Notes: generated from the sequence alone by a model not told the origin. A stretch of DNA of 64,000 nt from Salinibacterium sp. (GCA_015234465.1 JADGNA010000017.1:29861-93860); one strand, 5' to 3'. Numbered from the stretch's first letter, positions 11,982 to 22,301 are shown. Numbers and translations: made by a program.

Positions 11982-12896
11982 ATGGTGAGCTCCAAGCCCC
12001 CCGAGGTCGATCGGAGTGCTGCGGCGGTCGCGGCGGTCGCGGCACGGCGTGCCCGCGCCGCGGTGAAGCGTGCCGTGGCGACAGGTGCCCGCACGCCCCT
12101 CGATGTCGCCCTCGCCGCGTGGGATGGTGAGCAGCGTGCCCCCGAGGCAACGCTCAGGGTGCGCGAACTGCTCGGGAGCATCCCCGGCTTCGGTCCCGTG
12201 CGGGTTGCCGCCGTCATGCGAGAGCTCGGCATCGCGGATTCCAAGAAAGTGGGCGGCCTTGGTCGCCGACAGCGGCTCCGTTTCGAGGAGTGGCTCCGGA
12301 GCCGCGAAGAGTCCCAGGGGAGCGGGGGACGCCTGGTCGTCCTGGCAGGCCCGACGGCGGTTGGCAAGGGCACCGTCTCCACGTACATTCGCGAGAACTT
12401 CCCGGATGTCCACCTCTCGGTCTCAGCGACGACCCGCGCGCCTCGACCGGGTGAGGTCGAAGGAGTCAACTACTTCTTCGTCAGCGACGAGCAGTTCGAC
12501 GAACTCGAGGCATCCGGCAAGATGCTCGAGACGGCGACCGTGCACAACGCCTACCGCTATGGCACCCCGCGCGGGCCGATCGAGGAAGCACTCGCATCCG
12601 GCCGCAGCGTGCTCCTCGAGATCGACATCCAGGGGGCGCGCTCGGTGAAGGCCGCGATGCCGGAGGCCGTGCTGGTCTTCCTGCTCCCGCCCACCTGGGA
12701 GGAGCTTGTGCGGCGGCTCATCGGTCGAGGCACGGAAGACGCCGAGGAACAGGCCCGGCGACTCGAGACCGCCAAGGTCGAACTCGCCGCCCAGGACGAG
12801 TTCGATCATCGCGTCGTCAACCATAAGGTCAGCGAGGCAGCCCAAGAGGTCGTAGACTTGATGTCTACCTCTCGCAGACGCACGACGGCCCGCTGA
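11982..12896 (+). CDS. gmk: Fusion protein: mIHF/sIHF-like nucleoid-associated domain (about aa 1-108) plus guanylate kinase (about aa 115-304)
   Basis: The N-terminal [13 protein letters not shown]...[44 protein letters not shown] resembles mycobacterial mIHF. The C-terminal part has the P-loop GPTAVGKGT and [20 protein letters not shown] of Gmk. There is no stop and no ATG/GTG/TTG between the two parts. Confidence 0.85.
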   Translation: MVSSKPPEVDRSAAAVAAVAARRARAAVKRAVATGARTPLDVALAAWDGEQRAPEATLRVRELLGSIPGFGPVRVAAVMRELGIADSKKVGGLGRRQRLRFEEWLRSREESQGSGGRLVVLAGPTAVGKGTVSTYIRENFPDVHLSVSATTRAPRPGEVEGVNYFFVSDEQFDELEASGKMLETATVHNAYRYGTPRGPIEEALASGRSVLLEIDIQGARSVKAAMPEAVLVFLLPPTWEELVRRLIGRGTEDAEEQARRLETAKVELAAQDEFDHRVVNHKVSEAAQEVVDLMSTSRRRTTAR

Positions 12897-12918
12897 GGGC
12901 ATTCAAGGAGTTCCGACC

Positions 12919-13176
12919 ATGGTCAACCGTTCACAGGGCATCATCGATCCGCCCATCGACGAGCTGCTCTCGAAGGTCGATTCCAAGTACGCGCTCGTGA
13001 TCTTCGCGTCCAAGCGCGCCCGCCAGATCAACGACTACTACGCTGACCTCCACGAAGGCAGCCTCTTCGACAACGTGGGCCCGCTCGTCGACTCGACGAT
13101 CGACGACAAGCCCCTCACGGTCGCCCTGCACGAGATCAACGAGGACAAGCTCGTAGCGAAGCCGCTCGCCGAGTAG
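12919..13176 (+). CDS. rpoZ: DNA-directed RNA polymerase subunit omega
   Basis: 85 aa. [26 protein letters not shown] is the omega signature. SD AAGGAG lies upstream. Confidence 0.92.
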   Translation: MVNRSQGIIDPPIDELLSKVDSKYALVIFASKRARQINDYYADLHEGSLFDNVGPLVDSTIDDKPLTVALHEINEDKLVAKPLAE

Positions 13177-13179
13177 CCT
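13174..13179 (+). promoter_or_regulatory. Candidate -10 hexamer TAGCCT (leaderless promoter of coaBC)
   Basis: TAGCCT, then 7 nt, then ATG 13187. The TAG is the rpoZ stop codon. Confidence 0.45.
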
Positions 13180-13186
13180 CGCTCAT

Positions 13187-14404
13187 ATGGGAGTCGACGC
13201 AGCAACGACCGCGCACACTGAACGGCTCAACGTCCTCTTCGGCGTGACTGGCGGCATTGCCGCCTACAAGGCCGTCGCAGCGATCCGTCGGCTCGTGCTT
13301 GAGGGACATGACGTGCACGTCGTGGCCACCGAGGCCGCCTTGCGCTTCGTCGGCAAGCCGACATTCGAGGCGATCAGTCGCAACCAGGTGCACACCGACC
13401 TCTACGAGGGCGTCGCCGAGGTTCGCCATGTCGCCCTCGGGCAGCGGGCGGATGTCATCGTCATCGCGCCTGCGACCGCCAACACGATCGCCAAGCTGGC
13501 GTCGGGAGCCGCGGACGACCTCCTCGGCAACTCGGTGCTGGCAAGCACGGCCCCGCTCGTCGTCGCTCCCGCCATGCACACCGAGATGTGGCAGCATTCG
13601 GCCACCGTCGCGAATGTCGCGACCCTTCGTGAACGCGGCGCAGTCATCGTCGGTCCCGACTCCGGGCAGCTGACGGGCTCGGACTCCGGCCCCGGCCGCC
13701 TCGTCGACCCCGACGTGCTCGTTGACGCTGCCCTCGCGGCGGCGGCTCCGCGAGACCTCATGGGCCGCTCGATCGTCGTATCCGCTGGTGGCACTCGTGA
13801 GCCCATCGACCCCGTGCGCTTCGTCGGCAACCGTTCGACGGGAAGGCAGGGGATCGCGATCGCGACCGCCGCGGCACGCCGCGGGGCGGAGGTCACCCTC
13901 GTGCTCGCCAACGGCGAGGTCGAGGCACCGCGAGGATTGTCCGTCGTGCGGGTGTCGTCGACGGCCGACCTCAGGGAGGCGATGGCGGAGGCGTCATCGC
14001 GGCACGACATCGTGATCATGGCTGCGGCGATCGCCGACTACCGACCGAGCTCGGTATCGGAGTCCAAGATCAAGAAGGAGTCGCAGGGCGACACGCTCTC
14101 GATCGAGCTCGTCCGCAATCCCGACATCCTTGCTGAGCTCTCGTCGGGGCGCCGTGAGGGCCAGACGATCATCGGCTTCGCCGCCGAGACGGAGAGCGAC
14201 GACGAGGAGATGCTCCGGCTCGGGCGCGAGAAGATCAAGCGCAAGGGCTGCGACTTCCTCGTGCTCAACCGCGTCGGTTGGGCCGAAGGCTTCGGCGTCG
14301 AAAGCAACAGGATCACGGTGCTCGACCCATCGGGTGCCATCGTCGGGGAGGCATCCGGGTCGAAGGCGTCGGTGGCCGACCGTATCCTTGACCTGCTCAT
14401 CTGA
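13187..14404 (+). CDS. coaBC: Bifunctional phosphopantothenoylcysteine decarboxylase / phosphopantothenate-cysteine ligase
   Basis: N-terminal flavoprotein motif GVTGGIAAYK and PAMHTEMW. C-terminal CoaB domain (AAAIADYRP). Confidence 0.93.
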   Translation: MGVDAATTAHTERLNVLFGVTGGIAAYKAVAAIRRLVLEGHDVHVVATEAALRFVGKPTFEAISRNQVHTDLYEGVAEVRHVALGQRADVIVIAPATANTIAKLASGAADDLLGNSVLASTAPLVVAPAMHTEMWQHSATVANVATLRERGAVIVGPDSGQLTGSDSGPGRLVDPDVLVDAALAAAAPRDLMGRSIVVSAGGTREPIDPVRFVGNRSTGRQGIAIATAAARRGAEVTLVLANGEVEAPRGLSVVRVSSTADLREAMAEASSRHDIVIMAAAIADYRPSSVSESKIKKESQGDTLSIELVRNPDILAELSSGRREGQTIIGFAAETESDDEEMLRLGREKIKRKGCDFLVLNRVGWAEGFGVESNRITVLDPSGAIVGEASGSKASVADRILDLLI

Positions 14405-14428
14405 CCTCACGACCGAAGGTTCCGCTCC

Positions 14429-15625
14429 ATGACCAGTTCCCTGCGCCTCTTCACGTCCGAGTCGGTCACCGAGGGTCACCCGGACAAGATCTGTGACCAG
14501 ATCTCCGACTCGATCCTCGACGCCCTTCTCGAGCAGGACCCCCGCAGCCGCGTCGCGGTCGAGACGCTCGTCACGACGGGCCTCGTGCACGTCGCGGGTG
14601 AGGTCACGACCGACGGCTATGTCGAGATTCCCGGGATCGTGCGCGACGTCATCACGCGCATCGGATACAACTCCTCCGAGGTCGGCTTCGACGGGAGCAA
14701 CTGCGGTGTCACCGTCTCGATCGGGGCGCAGTCGCCCGATATCGCGCAGGGCGTCGACGTGGCCCTCGAAGAGCGCCTGGGCGACACGGGCGACGCGTTC
14801 AACAGCCAGGGAGCCGGCGACCAAGGCATCATGTTCGGCTTCGCGACGACCGAGACACCGCAGCTGATGCCCGTGCCGATCTGGCTGGCGCACCGACTGT
14901 CCGAGCGTCTCGCGGAGATGCGCAAGGACGGCCACGTCGACTACCTGCGCCCAGACGGCAAGACACAGGTCACCGTCGGCTACGAGGGACATGTGCCGAA
15001 GACAATCGACACGGTCGTGCTCTCGACACAGCACGCTCCCGGCGTGGGCGCGGCTGCCCTCGAGGCGGAGATGCGCGAGTTCGTGATCGAACCCGTGCTC
15101 GCGCAGGCCGGACTCGACCACTCGGATGTCAAGCTGCTCGTGAACCCCACGGGCAAGTTTGAGATCGGTGGGCCCAAGGGGGATGCGGGCCTCACGGGCC
15201 GCAAGGTCATCGTCGACACCTACGGCGGCGCGGCGCGGCATGGTGGCGGCGCCTTCAGCGGCAAGGACCCCTCGAAGGTCGACCGCTCGGCCGCGTATGC
15301 CATGCGCTGGGTCGCGAAGAATGCGGTGGCCGCGGGTCTCGCAGACCGTCTCGAGCTGCAGGTCGCCTACGCGATCGGCCGCGCCGCTCCCGTCGGGCTC
15401 TATGTCGAGACCTTCGGCACGGGGAAGGTGGCCGACAGCGTCATTATCGACGCGATCCGGGAGGTCTTCGACCTGCGCCCTGCCGCGATCATCCGTGACC
15501 TCGAACTGCTGCGTCCCATCTACGCGCAGACGGCCGCCTACGGTCACTTCGGCCGCGAGCTTCCTGACTTCACCTGGGAGCGGCTCGACCGCGTCGACGA
15601 TCTCCGCTCCGCCGCGAGGCTCTAG
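14429..15625 (+). CDS. metK: S-adenosylmethionine synthase
   Basis: [23 protein letters not shown] and [16 protein letters not shown] motifs. Confidence 0.97.
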   Translation: MTSSLRLFTSESVTEGHPDKICDQISDSILDALLEQDPRSRVAVETLVTTGLVHVAGEVTTDGYVEIPGIVRDVITRIGYNSSEVGFDGSNCGVTVSIGAQSPDIAQGVDVALEERLGDTGDAFNSQGAGDQGIMFGFATTETPQLMPVPIWLAHRLSERLAEMRKDGHVDYLRPDGKTQVTVGYEGHVPKTIDTVVLSTQHAPGVGAAALEAEMREFVIEPVLAQAGLDHSDVKLLVNPTGKFEIGGPKGDAGLTGRKVIVDTYGGAARHGGGAFSGKDPSKVDRSAAYAMRWVAKNAVAAGLADRLELQVAYAIGRAAPVGLYVETFGTGKVADSVIIDAIREVFDLRPAAIIRDLELLRPIYAQTAAYGHFGRELPDFTWERLDRVDDLRSAARL

Positions 15626-17628
15626 TGCCGGCGGGCTCGACGCGCGTCGCGCGAGTCATGATCGAATCCTCCCTGCCGCAGCTGGACCGACTGTTCGACT
15701 ACGAGATCCCGGCCGACATGGCGGGGGACTGCGCCGTCGGCGTGCGAGTGCGGGTGCCGCTTCGTTCTGTCGGGCGCATCGCAGACGGCTATGTGGTCGA
15801 GGTCAGCGATGACGCGGACTACGACGGCAAGCTGAGCTCGCTCGAGGAGGTCGTCTCGACCGTGCCGGTCCTCGCCCCCGAGGTGTGGTCCTTGGCGCGA
15901 CGCGTCGCCGACCGCGCCGCAGGGACGGCGAGCGATGTCGTGAGGCTTGCCGTTCCCCGGCGCCAGGTTCGCGTCGAGAAGGCCTGGCTGCAGGCTGCGG
16001 GCCAAGCGAAGGACGAGTCGGGCACGACGCATGTCTCGCCCGTCGAGGTCCCCGAATATGGCGAGGGGCGTCTCCGCGATCTCATTGCGGGCAGGCAACG
16101 TGTGGCCCTGTCTGCGATTCCGCGGGTCGTGGCCCTGCCGGCCGCGGAGGGCGGCGAGGAGCCCCAGTGGATTGCACATTGGGCGGTCACGCTCGCGGCG
16201 GCGGCGAGTCACGCGCTTGCCGGGGGCACGAGTGCGATCCTCGCGGTGCCGGATTATCGCGACCAGAACCAGCTCCTGGCCGCACTCCACGCGGTGCTGC
16301 CCGCCGAGCGCATCGTGCGCTGCGATGCGCGCCAGTCGAATCCGGAGCGTTACCGTTCCCACCTCACGGCGCTGGATGGCGTGCCGAAGGTCGTCGTGGG
16401 CAATCGCTCCGCCGTCTACGCGCCGGCCCCGCGCCTGGGCCTCATTGCGCTCTGGGATGACGGCGACCCGCTTCATTCCGAGCCCCTTGCCCCATACGTG
16501 CACGCCAGGGATGCGGCGCTCGTGCGGCAGGAACAGCAGTCCTGTGCCCTCATATTCGCATCGCACGTGCGCAGCGCAGAGACCGAGCGGCTCGTCGAGC
16601 TCGGGTGGTTGACGGCGGTAGAGCCTCACCGTGCCGTGCTTCCGCGGGTCATAGCGACTGCCGCGCAGGAATCGGCCGAGGGCTTCGCAGCCGTCGCCCG
16701 CATCCCGTCGCTCGCCTGGCGGGAGGCGAGGGAGGCCCTGAATTCCGGCCCCGTGCTCGTCCAGGTGGCTCGGCCCGGATACGCGCCGAAGCTGGCCTGC
16801 GCATCGTGTGGCGTCGCGTGCCGCTGCGCCACCTGCGGCGGCCCCCTCGCGATGCGCACAGCCGGCTCCGCACCGTCGTGCCGGCTCTGCGGAGCCATCG
16901 CGACCGCGTGGCGGTGCTCCGAGTGTGGCCATGACCGGATGCGCACGCTGGGGCAGGGCTCGCACCGCACGGCCGACGACCTGGGCAGGGCTTTCCCCGG
17001 GGTGCGGGTCGTCGTGTCCGACGGCGATCGCCCCCTCGAGTCCGTGTCCGCCAGGCCCGCACTCGTGATCGCGACTCGAGGCGCTGAACCGGTCGCTGCC
17101 GGCGGCTACCGCGCCGTACTGCTGCTCGACGGGGAGAGGATGCTGGCCCGGGAGAGCCTCACGGTCTCCGAGGATTGCCTCCGCTGGTGGGCCAGCGCGG
17201 TGTCCCTCGCCGCGCCAGGGGCGCCGACCGTGCTCGTGGGCGTCGGCGGTGACCTCGCCAAGGCGCTCGCGACCTGGCGCACGAGCGACTTTGTCGCCCG
17301 CGAGCTGGCCGAGCGACGCACGCTCCGCTTTCCACCGGCAGTCCGCGTCGCGACGATCACGGGCTCGCGCGAGCCGGTCGACGATGCCGTCGCCGCGGTG
17401 TCGACCCTGCCGGGCGTCGACGTCCTGGGCCCGACCCTGACGGACGATGGCCTACGCGCCGTCGTGCGCTTCGACTATGGCGCAGGGGCAGAGGTCGCGT
17501 CGGCACTGCGCTCCGAGGTCATCCGCGCCGCGGCGAATCGGCGCCGTCGCCTCTCACCCGGATCGAACGAGCGAGCGCCACTGCCTAAACTCAGAGTGCG
17601 GTTCGACGATCCCGAGCCGTTCCTCTGA
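15625..17628 (+). CDS. priA: Primosomal protein N' (PriA), actinobacterial type with degenerate ATPase motifs
   Basis: PriA-like N-terminus (LPQLDRLFDYEIP) and Cys-rich zinc region (CASCGVACRCATCGG...CRLCG...RCSECG). No GxGK[ST] is present, and the DExH position reads WDDGD. Confidence 0.85.
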   Translation: MPAGSTRVARVMIESSLPQLDRLFDYEIPADMAGDCAVGVRVRVPLRSVGRIADGYVVEVSDDADYDGKLSSLEEVVSTVPVLAPEVWSLARRVADRAAGTASDVVRLAVPRRQVRVEKAWLQAAGQAKDESGTTHVSPVEVPEYGEGRLRDLIAGRQRVALSAIPRVVALPAAEGGEEPQWIAHWAVTLAAAASHALAGGTSAILAVPDYRDQNQLLAALHAVLPAERIVRCDARQSNPERYRSHLTALDGVPKVVVGNRSAVYAPAPRLGLIALWDDGDPLHSEPLAPYVHARDAALVRQEQQSCALIFASHVRSAETERLVELGWLTAVEPHRAVLPRVIATAAQESAEGFAAVARIPSLAWREAREALNSGPVLVQVARPGYAPKLACASCGVACRCATCGGPLAMRTAGSAPSCRLCGAIATAWRCSECGHDRMRTLGQGSHRTADDLGRAFPGVRVVVSDGDRPLESVSARPALVIATRGAEPVAAGGYRAVLLLDGERMLARESLTVSEDCLRWWASAVSLAAPGAPTVLVGVGGDLAKALATWRTSDFVARELAERRTLRFPPAVRVATITGSREPVDDAVAAVSTLPGVDVLGPTLTDDGLRAVVRFDYGAGAEVASALRSEVIRAAANRRRRLSPGSNERAPLPKLRVRFDDPEPFL

Positions 17629-17672
17629 CGGGCGATCGTTCCCGTCATCCAGTGAGAAGTGGTTTCCACGCT

Positions 17673-18608
17673 ATGCGTCTCGTCTTCGCCGGCTCTCCCG
17701 ATGCCGCCGTCCCCACCCTTCGCGCCCTCGCGGCGTCGTCCCACGACGTCGTTGGCGTGATCACTCGCGAGGATTCGCCCCAGGGGCGCAAGCGGGTCAT
17801 GACGCCAACCCCCGTCGCCCTCGCGGCGCAGGAGTACGGCGTGTCCGTCATCAAGGCCAATCGGCTCGATGAGCGCGTCGATGAAATCGTCACGGCGCTG
17901 GAAGCAGACCTCGGCGTCATCGTGGCCTACGGCGGACTCGTGCGGGAACCGCTGCTGTCGCGGCCTCCCCTCGGTTGGATCAACCTGCACTTTTCCCTCC
18001 TGCCGCGTTGGCGAGGCGCCGCCCCCGTGCAGCGTGCACTCATGGCCGGCGACGATGTGACTGGGGCGACGGTGTTCCAGCTCGTGAGGGAACTCGACGC
18101 GGGGGATGTCTTCGGGCGCCTCACCCAGTCGATCGCACCCAGCGACACGGCGGGAGACCTCCTCGGGTCCTTGGCAGATTCTGGCGCAGAGCTCGTGATG
18201 CGGGTCGTCGACTCGATCGCGCGGGGCGATGCACGGCCCGAACCCCAGGACGGCGACGTCACCCTCGCGCCGAAGCTCACCCAGGCTGATGGACTCGTCG
18301 ACTTCGACCGCCACCCGGCACTCGTCTCCGGCCACATCCGCGGCGTGACGCCGGAACCCGGCGCCTATGCGGAGGTCGAAAGACAGCGCCTCAAACTCCT
18401 GGCGATCGCGCCCGGACTGCACGAGCATCCTCTCGAGGCCGGCGAGGTGGTCGAGACGGACGGCCGCATCCTGGTCGGCACGGCCGGTGCCGCGATCGAG
18501 CTGCTGCTCGTGCAGCCGGCAGGCAAGAAGGCGATGGCGGCGGGGGACTGGCTGCGCGGGCGGCAGGGTAGGCCCACCCGTTTCGAAGCGATTGGAGGCA
18601 CGGAATGA
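17673..18608 (+). CDS. fmt: Methionyl-tRNA formyltransferase
   Basis: MRLVFAGSPD... N-terminus and the HFSLLPRWRGAAPVQ motif. The ORF-track start at 17652 is an alternative. Confidence 0.92.
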   Translation: MRLVFAGSPDAAVPTLRALAASSHDVVGVITREDSPQGRKRVMTPTPVALAAQEYGVSVIKANRLDERVDEIVTALEADLGVIVAYGGLVREPLLSRPPLGWINLHFSLLPRWRGAAPVQRALMAGDDVTGATVFQLVRELDAGDVFGRLTQSIAPSDTAGDLLGSLADSGAELVMRVVDSIARGDARPEPQDGDVTLAPKLTQADGLVDFDRHPALVSGHIRGVTPEPGAYAEVERQRLKLLAIAPGLHEHPLEAGEVVETDGRILVGTAGAAIELLLVQPAGKKAMAAGDWLRGRQGRPTRFEAIGGTE

Positions 18609-19999
18609 ACCGCTCAGCAGCCGGGGCACCTCGGCAGGGCAACGTGCAGCCGGCACGCCGGGTCGCCTACGAGGTCATCGCGGCGGTGCGAGAGACGGAT
18701 GCCTACGCGAACCTCCTCCTCCCCGTGAAGCTCGAACGGGCGGGACTGCACGGGGGTGACGCAGCACTCGCGACCGAGCTGACCTATGGCACCCTCCGCC
18801 AGCGCGGCTACTACGACGCCGTCATCGAACACGCCGCAGGCCGTTCCATCGACAAGATCGATCCCGCGATCCTCGATGTCCTGCGTCTCGGCACGCACCA
18901 GCTGCTCTCGATGCGGGTGGCCTCACACGCTGCCGTCGACGAGGCGGTGTCGCAGGCGCGACAGGTCGGCTCACGCTCCGCAACCGGATTCGTCAACGGG
19001 GTGCTCCGCACCATCTCGCGCAGCACTCCGGCAGAGTGGCGCGAACGGGTGCTCGCGGCACCTCGCTCGGAGGACGAACGACTCGCGCTCGAGCATTCGC
19101 ATCCGGTGTGGGTCGTCCGCGCCCTGCGACGGGCACTCGCCGCCGAGGGGCGGGAGCACGAGCTGGAGAGCCTTCTCGAGGCCGACAACTCCGCCCCGGC
19201 GGTGAGCCTCGCGGCCCTGCCCGGACTATCGAAGCCCGAGGAGTTGAGCGGCGAACCCGGGCACCATTCGCCCTTCGCCGTGACGAGTTCGGGCGGCGAC
19301 CCGGCACGCGTCCCCGCCGTCGCCGACGGCAGGGCGCGCGTGCAGGACGAGGGCTCGCAGCTCGCCGCGCTCGCGCTGAGTCGTGTCGCCGAGCCGAGAC
19401 CGGGGGAGCGCTGGCTCGACATGTGTGCCGGCCCCGGCGGCAAGGCGGCCCTGCTCGCGGCAGAGGCGGTCGCATCCGGTGCCGCCCTTGTCGCGAACGA
19501 GGTCGTGCCGGCGCGAGCTGAACTCGTTCGGCGCGCCCTCGCGCCGATCTCGTCGGCGATCCAGGTCACCGCGAACGATGGACGACTTGCGGGCACCGAG
19601 ACGCCGGGGCACTACGACCGCGTGCTGATCGACGCCCCCTGCACGGGACTCGGCGCGCTGCGGCGCCGTCCTGAGGCTCGCTGGCGCAAGCAGCCGAAGG
19701 ATGTTCCCGCGCTCGCCTCGCTGCAGGCGGAGCTGCTCGAATCCGGGCTCAAGGCCACGCGCCCCGGTGGGGTCGTCGCCTACGTGACCTGTTCGCCCCA
19801 TCTCGCGGAGACGCGTGCCGTGCTCGCCTCGGTGTTGAAACGGCATCCGGAGGTCGAACGGCTCGACGCGGGCGCCGTCCTGGCTGATGTCGTGACGCAC
19901 CCCCTGGACCTCGGCGACTCGGATGGCACGGTGCAGCTCTGGCCGCACCGGCACGGCACGGACGCCATGTTCATCTCGCTCCTCCGCGTGCCTCGATAG
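18605..19999 (+). CDS. rsmB: 16S rRNA (cytosine967-C5)-methyltransferase RsmB/Sun
   Basis: NusB-like N-terminal domain, SAM-binding DMCAGPGGKA and catalytic-Cys motifs (DAPCTGLG, YVTCS). ATGA overlap with fmt. Confidence 0.88.
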   Translation: MNRSAAGAPRQGNVQPARRVAYEVIAAVRETDAYANLLLPVKLERAGLHGGDAALATELTYGTLRQRGYYDAVIEHAAGRSIDKIDPAILDVLRLGTHQLLSMRVASHAAVDEAVSQARQVGSRSATGFVNGVLRTISRSTPAEWRERVLAAPRSEDERLALEHSHPVWVVRALRRALAAEGREHELESLLEADNSAPAVSLAALPGLSKPEELSGEPGHHSPFAVTSSGGDPARVPAVADGRARVQDEGSQLAALALSRVAEPRPGERWLDMCAGPGGKAALLAAEAVASGAALVANEVVPARAELVRRALAPISSAIQVTANDGRLAGTETPGHYDRVLIDAPCTGLGALRRRPEARWRKQPKDVPALASLQAELLESGLKATRPGGVVAYVTCSPHLAETRAVLASVLKRHPEVERLDAGAVLADVVTHPLDLGDSDGTVQLWPHRHGTDAMFISLLRVPR

Positions 20000-20002
20000 G
20001 CT
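19997..20002 (+). promoter_or_regulatory. Candidate -10 hexamer TAGGCT (leaderless promoter of rpe)
   Basis: TAGGCT, then 6 nt, then ATG 20009. The TAG is the rsmB stop codon. Confidence 0.45.
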
Positions 20003-20008
20003 CACTCC

Positions 20009-20677
20009 ATGCCAGTGCGCGTCAACCCCAGCATCCTGTCGGCTGACTTCGTCAACATGCAGAGCGAGCTCGATCGCATCGCGACGGCCGACCTCGTGCA
20101 CGTCGACGTCATGGACAACCACTTCGTGCCGAACCTGACCTTCGGGCCGCAGATGGTCGAGCGCATCCAGGCGGTGTCTCCCGTGCCGCTCGACGTGCAC
20201 CTCATGATCGACGATCCCGATCGCTGGGCACCCGGATACGCCGAACTGGGCGCCTATTCCGTCACCTTCCATGCCGAGGCTGCGGCCGACGCGGTGGCGC
20301 TCGCGCGGCGGCTCAGGCAGATCGGTGCGCGAGCTGGCGTCGCGCTCAAGCCAGGTACCCCCGTCGAGCCCTACCTGGAGCTCCTCGCCGAGTTCGACCA
20401 GGTGCTCGTCATGACGGTCGAGCCGGGTTTCGGGGGGCAGAAGTTCATGCACGAGGTCATGCCGAAGCTGACGGCACTGCGCGAGGCCGTCTCCCGAAGT
20501 GGCCTCGACGTGTGGCTCCAGGTCGATGGGGGAGTCACGGAGGAGACCATCGCGATCGCCTCCGAGGCGGGGGCCGACACCTTCGTCGCCGGCTCGAGCG
20601 TCTACAACGCGGGGGACCCCGCGGAGCAGATCAAGGCGCTACGGGCCGCTGCGCTCGCGTCACAGCACCGCCATTGA
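20009..20677 (+). CDS. rpe: Ribulose-phosphate 3-epimerase
   Basis: PSILSADF...HVDVMDNHFVPNLTFG and MTVEPGFGGQKF motifs. Confidence 0.95.
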   Translation: MPVRVNPSILSADFVNMQSELDRIATADLVHVDVMDNHFVPNLTFGPQMVERIQAVSPVPLDVHLMIDDPDRWAPGYAELGAYSVTFHAEAAADAVALARRLRQIGARAGVALKPGTPVEPYLELLAEFDQVLVMTVEPGFGGQKFMHEVMPKLTALREAVSRSGLDVWLQVDGGVTEETIAIASEAGADTFVAGSSVYNAGDPAEQIKALRAAALASQHRH

Positions 20678-20682
20678 CCGAT

Positions 20683-20700
20683 CGGATGCCCGTGCATCCG
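20683..20700 (+). terminator. Stem-loop after rpe (candidate terminator)
   Basis: CGGATGC-ccgt-GCATCCG (7-bp stem) lies 6 nt after the rpe stop and is followed by CTCTCGTCTGCTT. Confidence 0.4.
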
Positions 20701-20723
20701 CTCTCGTCTGCTTGGATGGTCAC

Positions 20724-21098
20724 ATGACTGACACGAACCGCACGAAGCCCGAGATCGACTTCTACGAGGGCGAGGCCCCGACCGAACTCGTCATCAACGA
20801 CATCGAGGTCGGCACGGGCGCTGAGGCCATGCCCGGCGCGACCGTCGACGTGCACTACCTCGGCGTCGACCTGGAGAGCGGCGAGGAGTTCGACTCCTCG
20901 TGGAGCCGCGGCCAGTCCATCAACTTCCCGCTCGGCAGCCTGATCGCCGGATGGCAGCAGGGCATCCCCGGCATGAAGGTCGGCGGTCGGCGCCAGCTCA
21001 TCTGCCCGCCCCACCTCGCCTACGGACCGGCCGGTGGCGGACACCAGCTCTCGGGCCGCACCCTCATCTTCGTGATCGACCTGCTCGGCGTCAGCTGA
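20724..21098 (+). CDS. FKBP-type peptidyl-prolyl cis-trans isomerase
   Basis: 124 aa from ATG 20724. VHYLGV...GEEFDSSW...[32 protein letters not shown] is the FKBP core. The longer ORF from 20499 overlaps rpe. Confidence 0.88.
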   Translation: MTDTNRTKPEIDFYEGEAPTELVINDIEVGTGAEAMPGATVDVHYLGVDLESGEEFDSSWSRGQSINFPLGSLIAGWQQGIPGMKVGGRRQLICPPHLAYGPAGGGHQLSGRTLIFVIDLLGVS

Positions 21099-21129
21099 GG
21101 GCGTGGGCGTCCAGCCCTTCCGGGGCTAG

Positions 21130-21135
21130 TACCCT
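21130..21135 (+). promoter_or_regulatory. Candidate -10 hexamer TACCCT (leaderless promoter of hisE)
   Basis: TACCCT, then 7 nt, then GTG 21143. Confidence 0.4.
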
Positions 21136-21142
21136 TGACACC

Positions 21143-21406
21143 GTGAAGACGTTCGATGACCTGTTCGCTGAGCTCGAGGCCAAGGCCGCCGAGCGTCCCG
21201 AGGGCTCCCGCACGGTCGCCGAACTCGATGCGGGCGTGCACGCGATCGGCAAGAAGATCGTCGAGGAGGCCGCCGAGGTCTGGATGGCCGCGGAGTACCA
21301 GTCCGACACGGAGACGGCAGAGGAGATCTCCCAGCTGCTGTACCACCTGCAGGTGCTGATGCTCGCGAAGGGCCTGTCGACGGCAGACGTCTACCGACAT
21401 CTCTGA
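21143..21406 (+). CDS. hisE: Phosphoribosyl-ATP pyrophosphatase
   Basis: 87 aa. [27 protein letters not shown]...[16 protein letters not shown]...[14 protein letters not shown] is typical HisE. Confidence 0.9.
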   Translation: MKTFDDLFAELEAKAAERPEGSRTVAELDAGVHAIGKKIVEEAAEVWMAAEYQSDTETAEEISQLLYHLQVLMLAKGLSTADVYRHL

Positions 21407-21457
21407 GCCACCGCCTCCACTCACGTTCGACACGGGCATCCGGCCCACAGAGAGAGA

Positions 21458-22300
21458 ATGATGCTTCGCATTGCAGTGCCCAACAAGGGCTCCCTTGCCG
21501 AGACCGCAGCCGAGATGCTGCACGAGGCCGGGTATGCGGGCCGCCGCGACCCCAGGGCCCTGACGGTCGCCGACCCCCAGAACGACGTCGAGTTCTTCTT
21601 CCTTCGCCCGCGTGACATCGCGACCTACGTCGGGTCGGGTGCACTCGATGTGGGCATCACGGGTCGTGACCTGCTTCTCGACTCGGGTTCCGACGCGAAG
21701 GAGATCACCAACCTCTCCTTCGGCGACTCGACGTTCCGCTTCGCGGGCCCCGCCGGTCGCTTCTCGGAGCTGGAAGACCTCCAGGGTGTGCGGGTGGCAA
21801 CGAGCTACCCGGGCCTCGTGGGGGACTTCCTCACCGAGAGGGGAGTGACGGCCGAGCTGGTCAAGCTCGATGGCGCCGTCGAGTCGGCCGTCAAGCTCGG
21901 GGTCGCGGATGCTGTCGCCGACGTCGTCTCGACGGGTTCCACGCTTCGCGCCCAGGGCCTCGAGATCTTCGGGCCGGTGATCCTCGAGTCGAGCGCCGTG
22001 CTCATCAGCGCCGACGCGAGCATCCCCGGGATCGCCACGCTGCAGCGCCGCCTGCAGGGCGTGCTGGTCGCACGCCAGTTCGTCATGATGGACTACGACC
22101 TCCCGATCGAGCTCCTCGAGAAGGCCTCCGCCATCACGCCGGGCCTCGAGTCGCCGACCGTGTCTCCCCTGAGGGATGAAACGTGGGTCGCCGTCCGCGT
22201 CATGGTGCGCCGGGTCGGCATGAACCGCATCATGGACGAGCTCTACGACCTCGGCGCTCGTGCAATCCTCGTGAGCCCCATCCACGCTGCGAGGCTCTGA
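21458..22300 (+). CDS. hisG: ATP phosphoribosyltransferase (long form)
   Basis: [12 protein letters not shown]-terminus and the [11 protein letters not shown] motif. 280 aa including the C-terminal regulatory domain. Confidence 0.93.
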   Translation: MMLRIAVPNKGSLAETAAEMLHEAGYAGRRDPRALTVADPQNDVEFFFLRPRDIATYVGSGALDVGITGRDLLLDSGSDAKEITNLSFGDSTFRFAGPAGRFSELEDLQGVRVATSYPGLVGDFLTERGVTAELVKLDGAVESAVKLGVADAVADVVSTGSTLRAQGLEIFGPVILESSAVLISADASIPGIATLQRRLQGVLVARQFVMMDYDLPIELLEKASAITPGLESPTVSPLRDETWVAVRVMVRRVGMNRIMDELYDLGARAILVSPIHAARL

Positions 22301-22301
22301 C

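Noticed and set aside
14405-14428. Looked for a SAM riboswitch upstream of metK and a Trp leader peptide or attenuator upstream of trpE
   Set aside because: Only 24 nt separate coaBC and metK, and trpE overlaps hisI. There is no room for either element.
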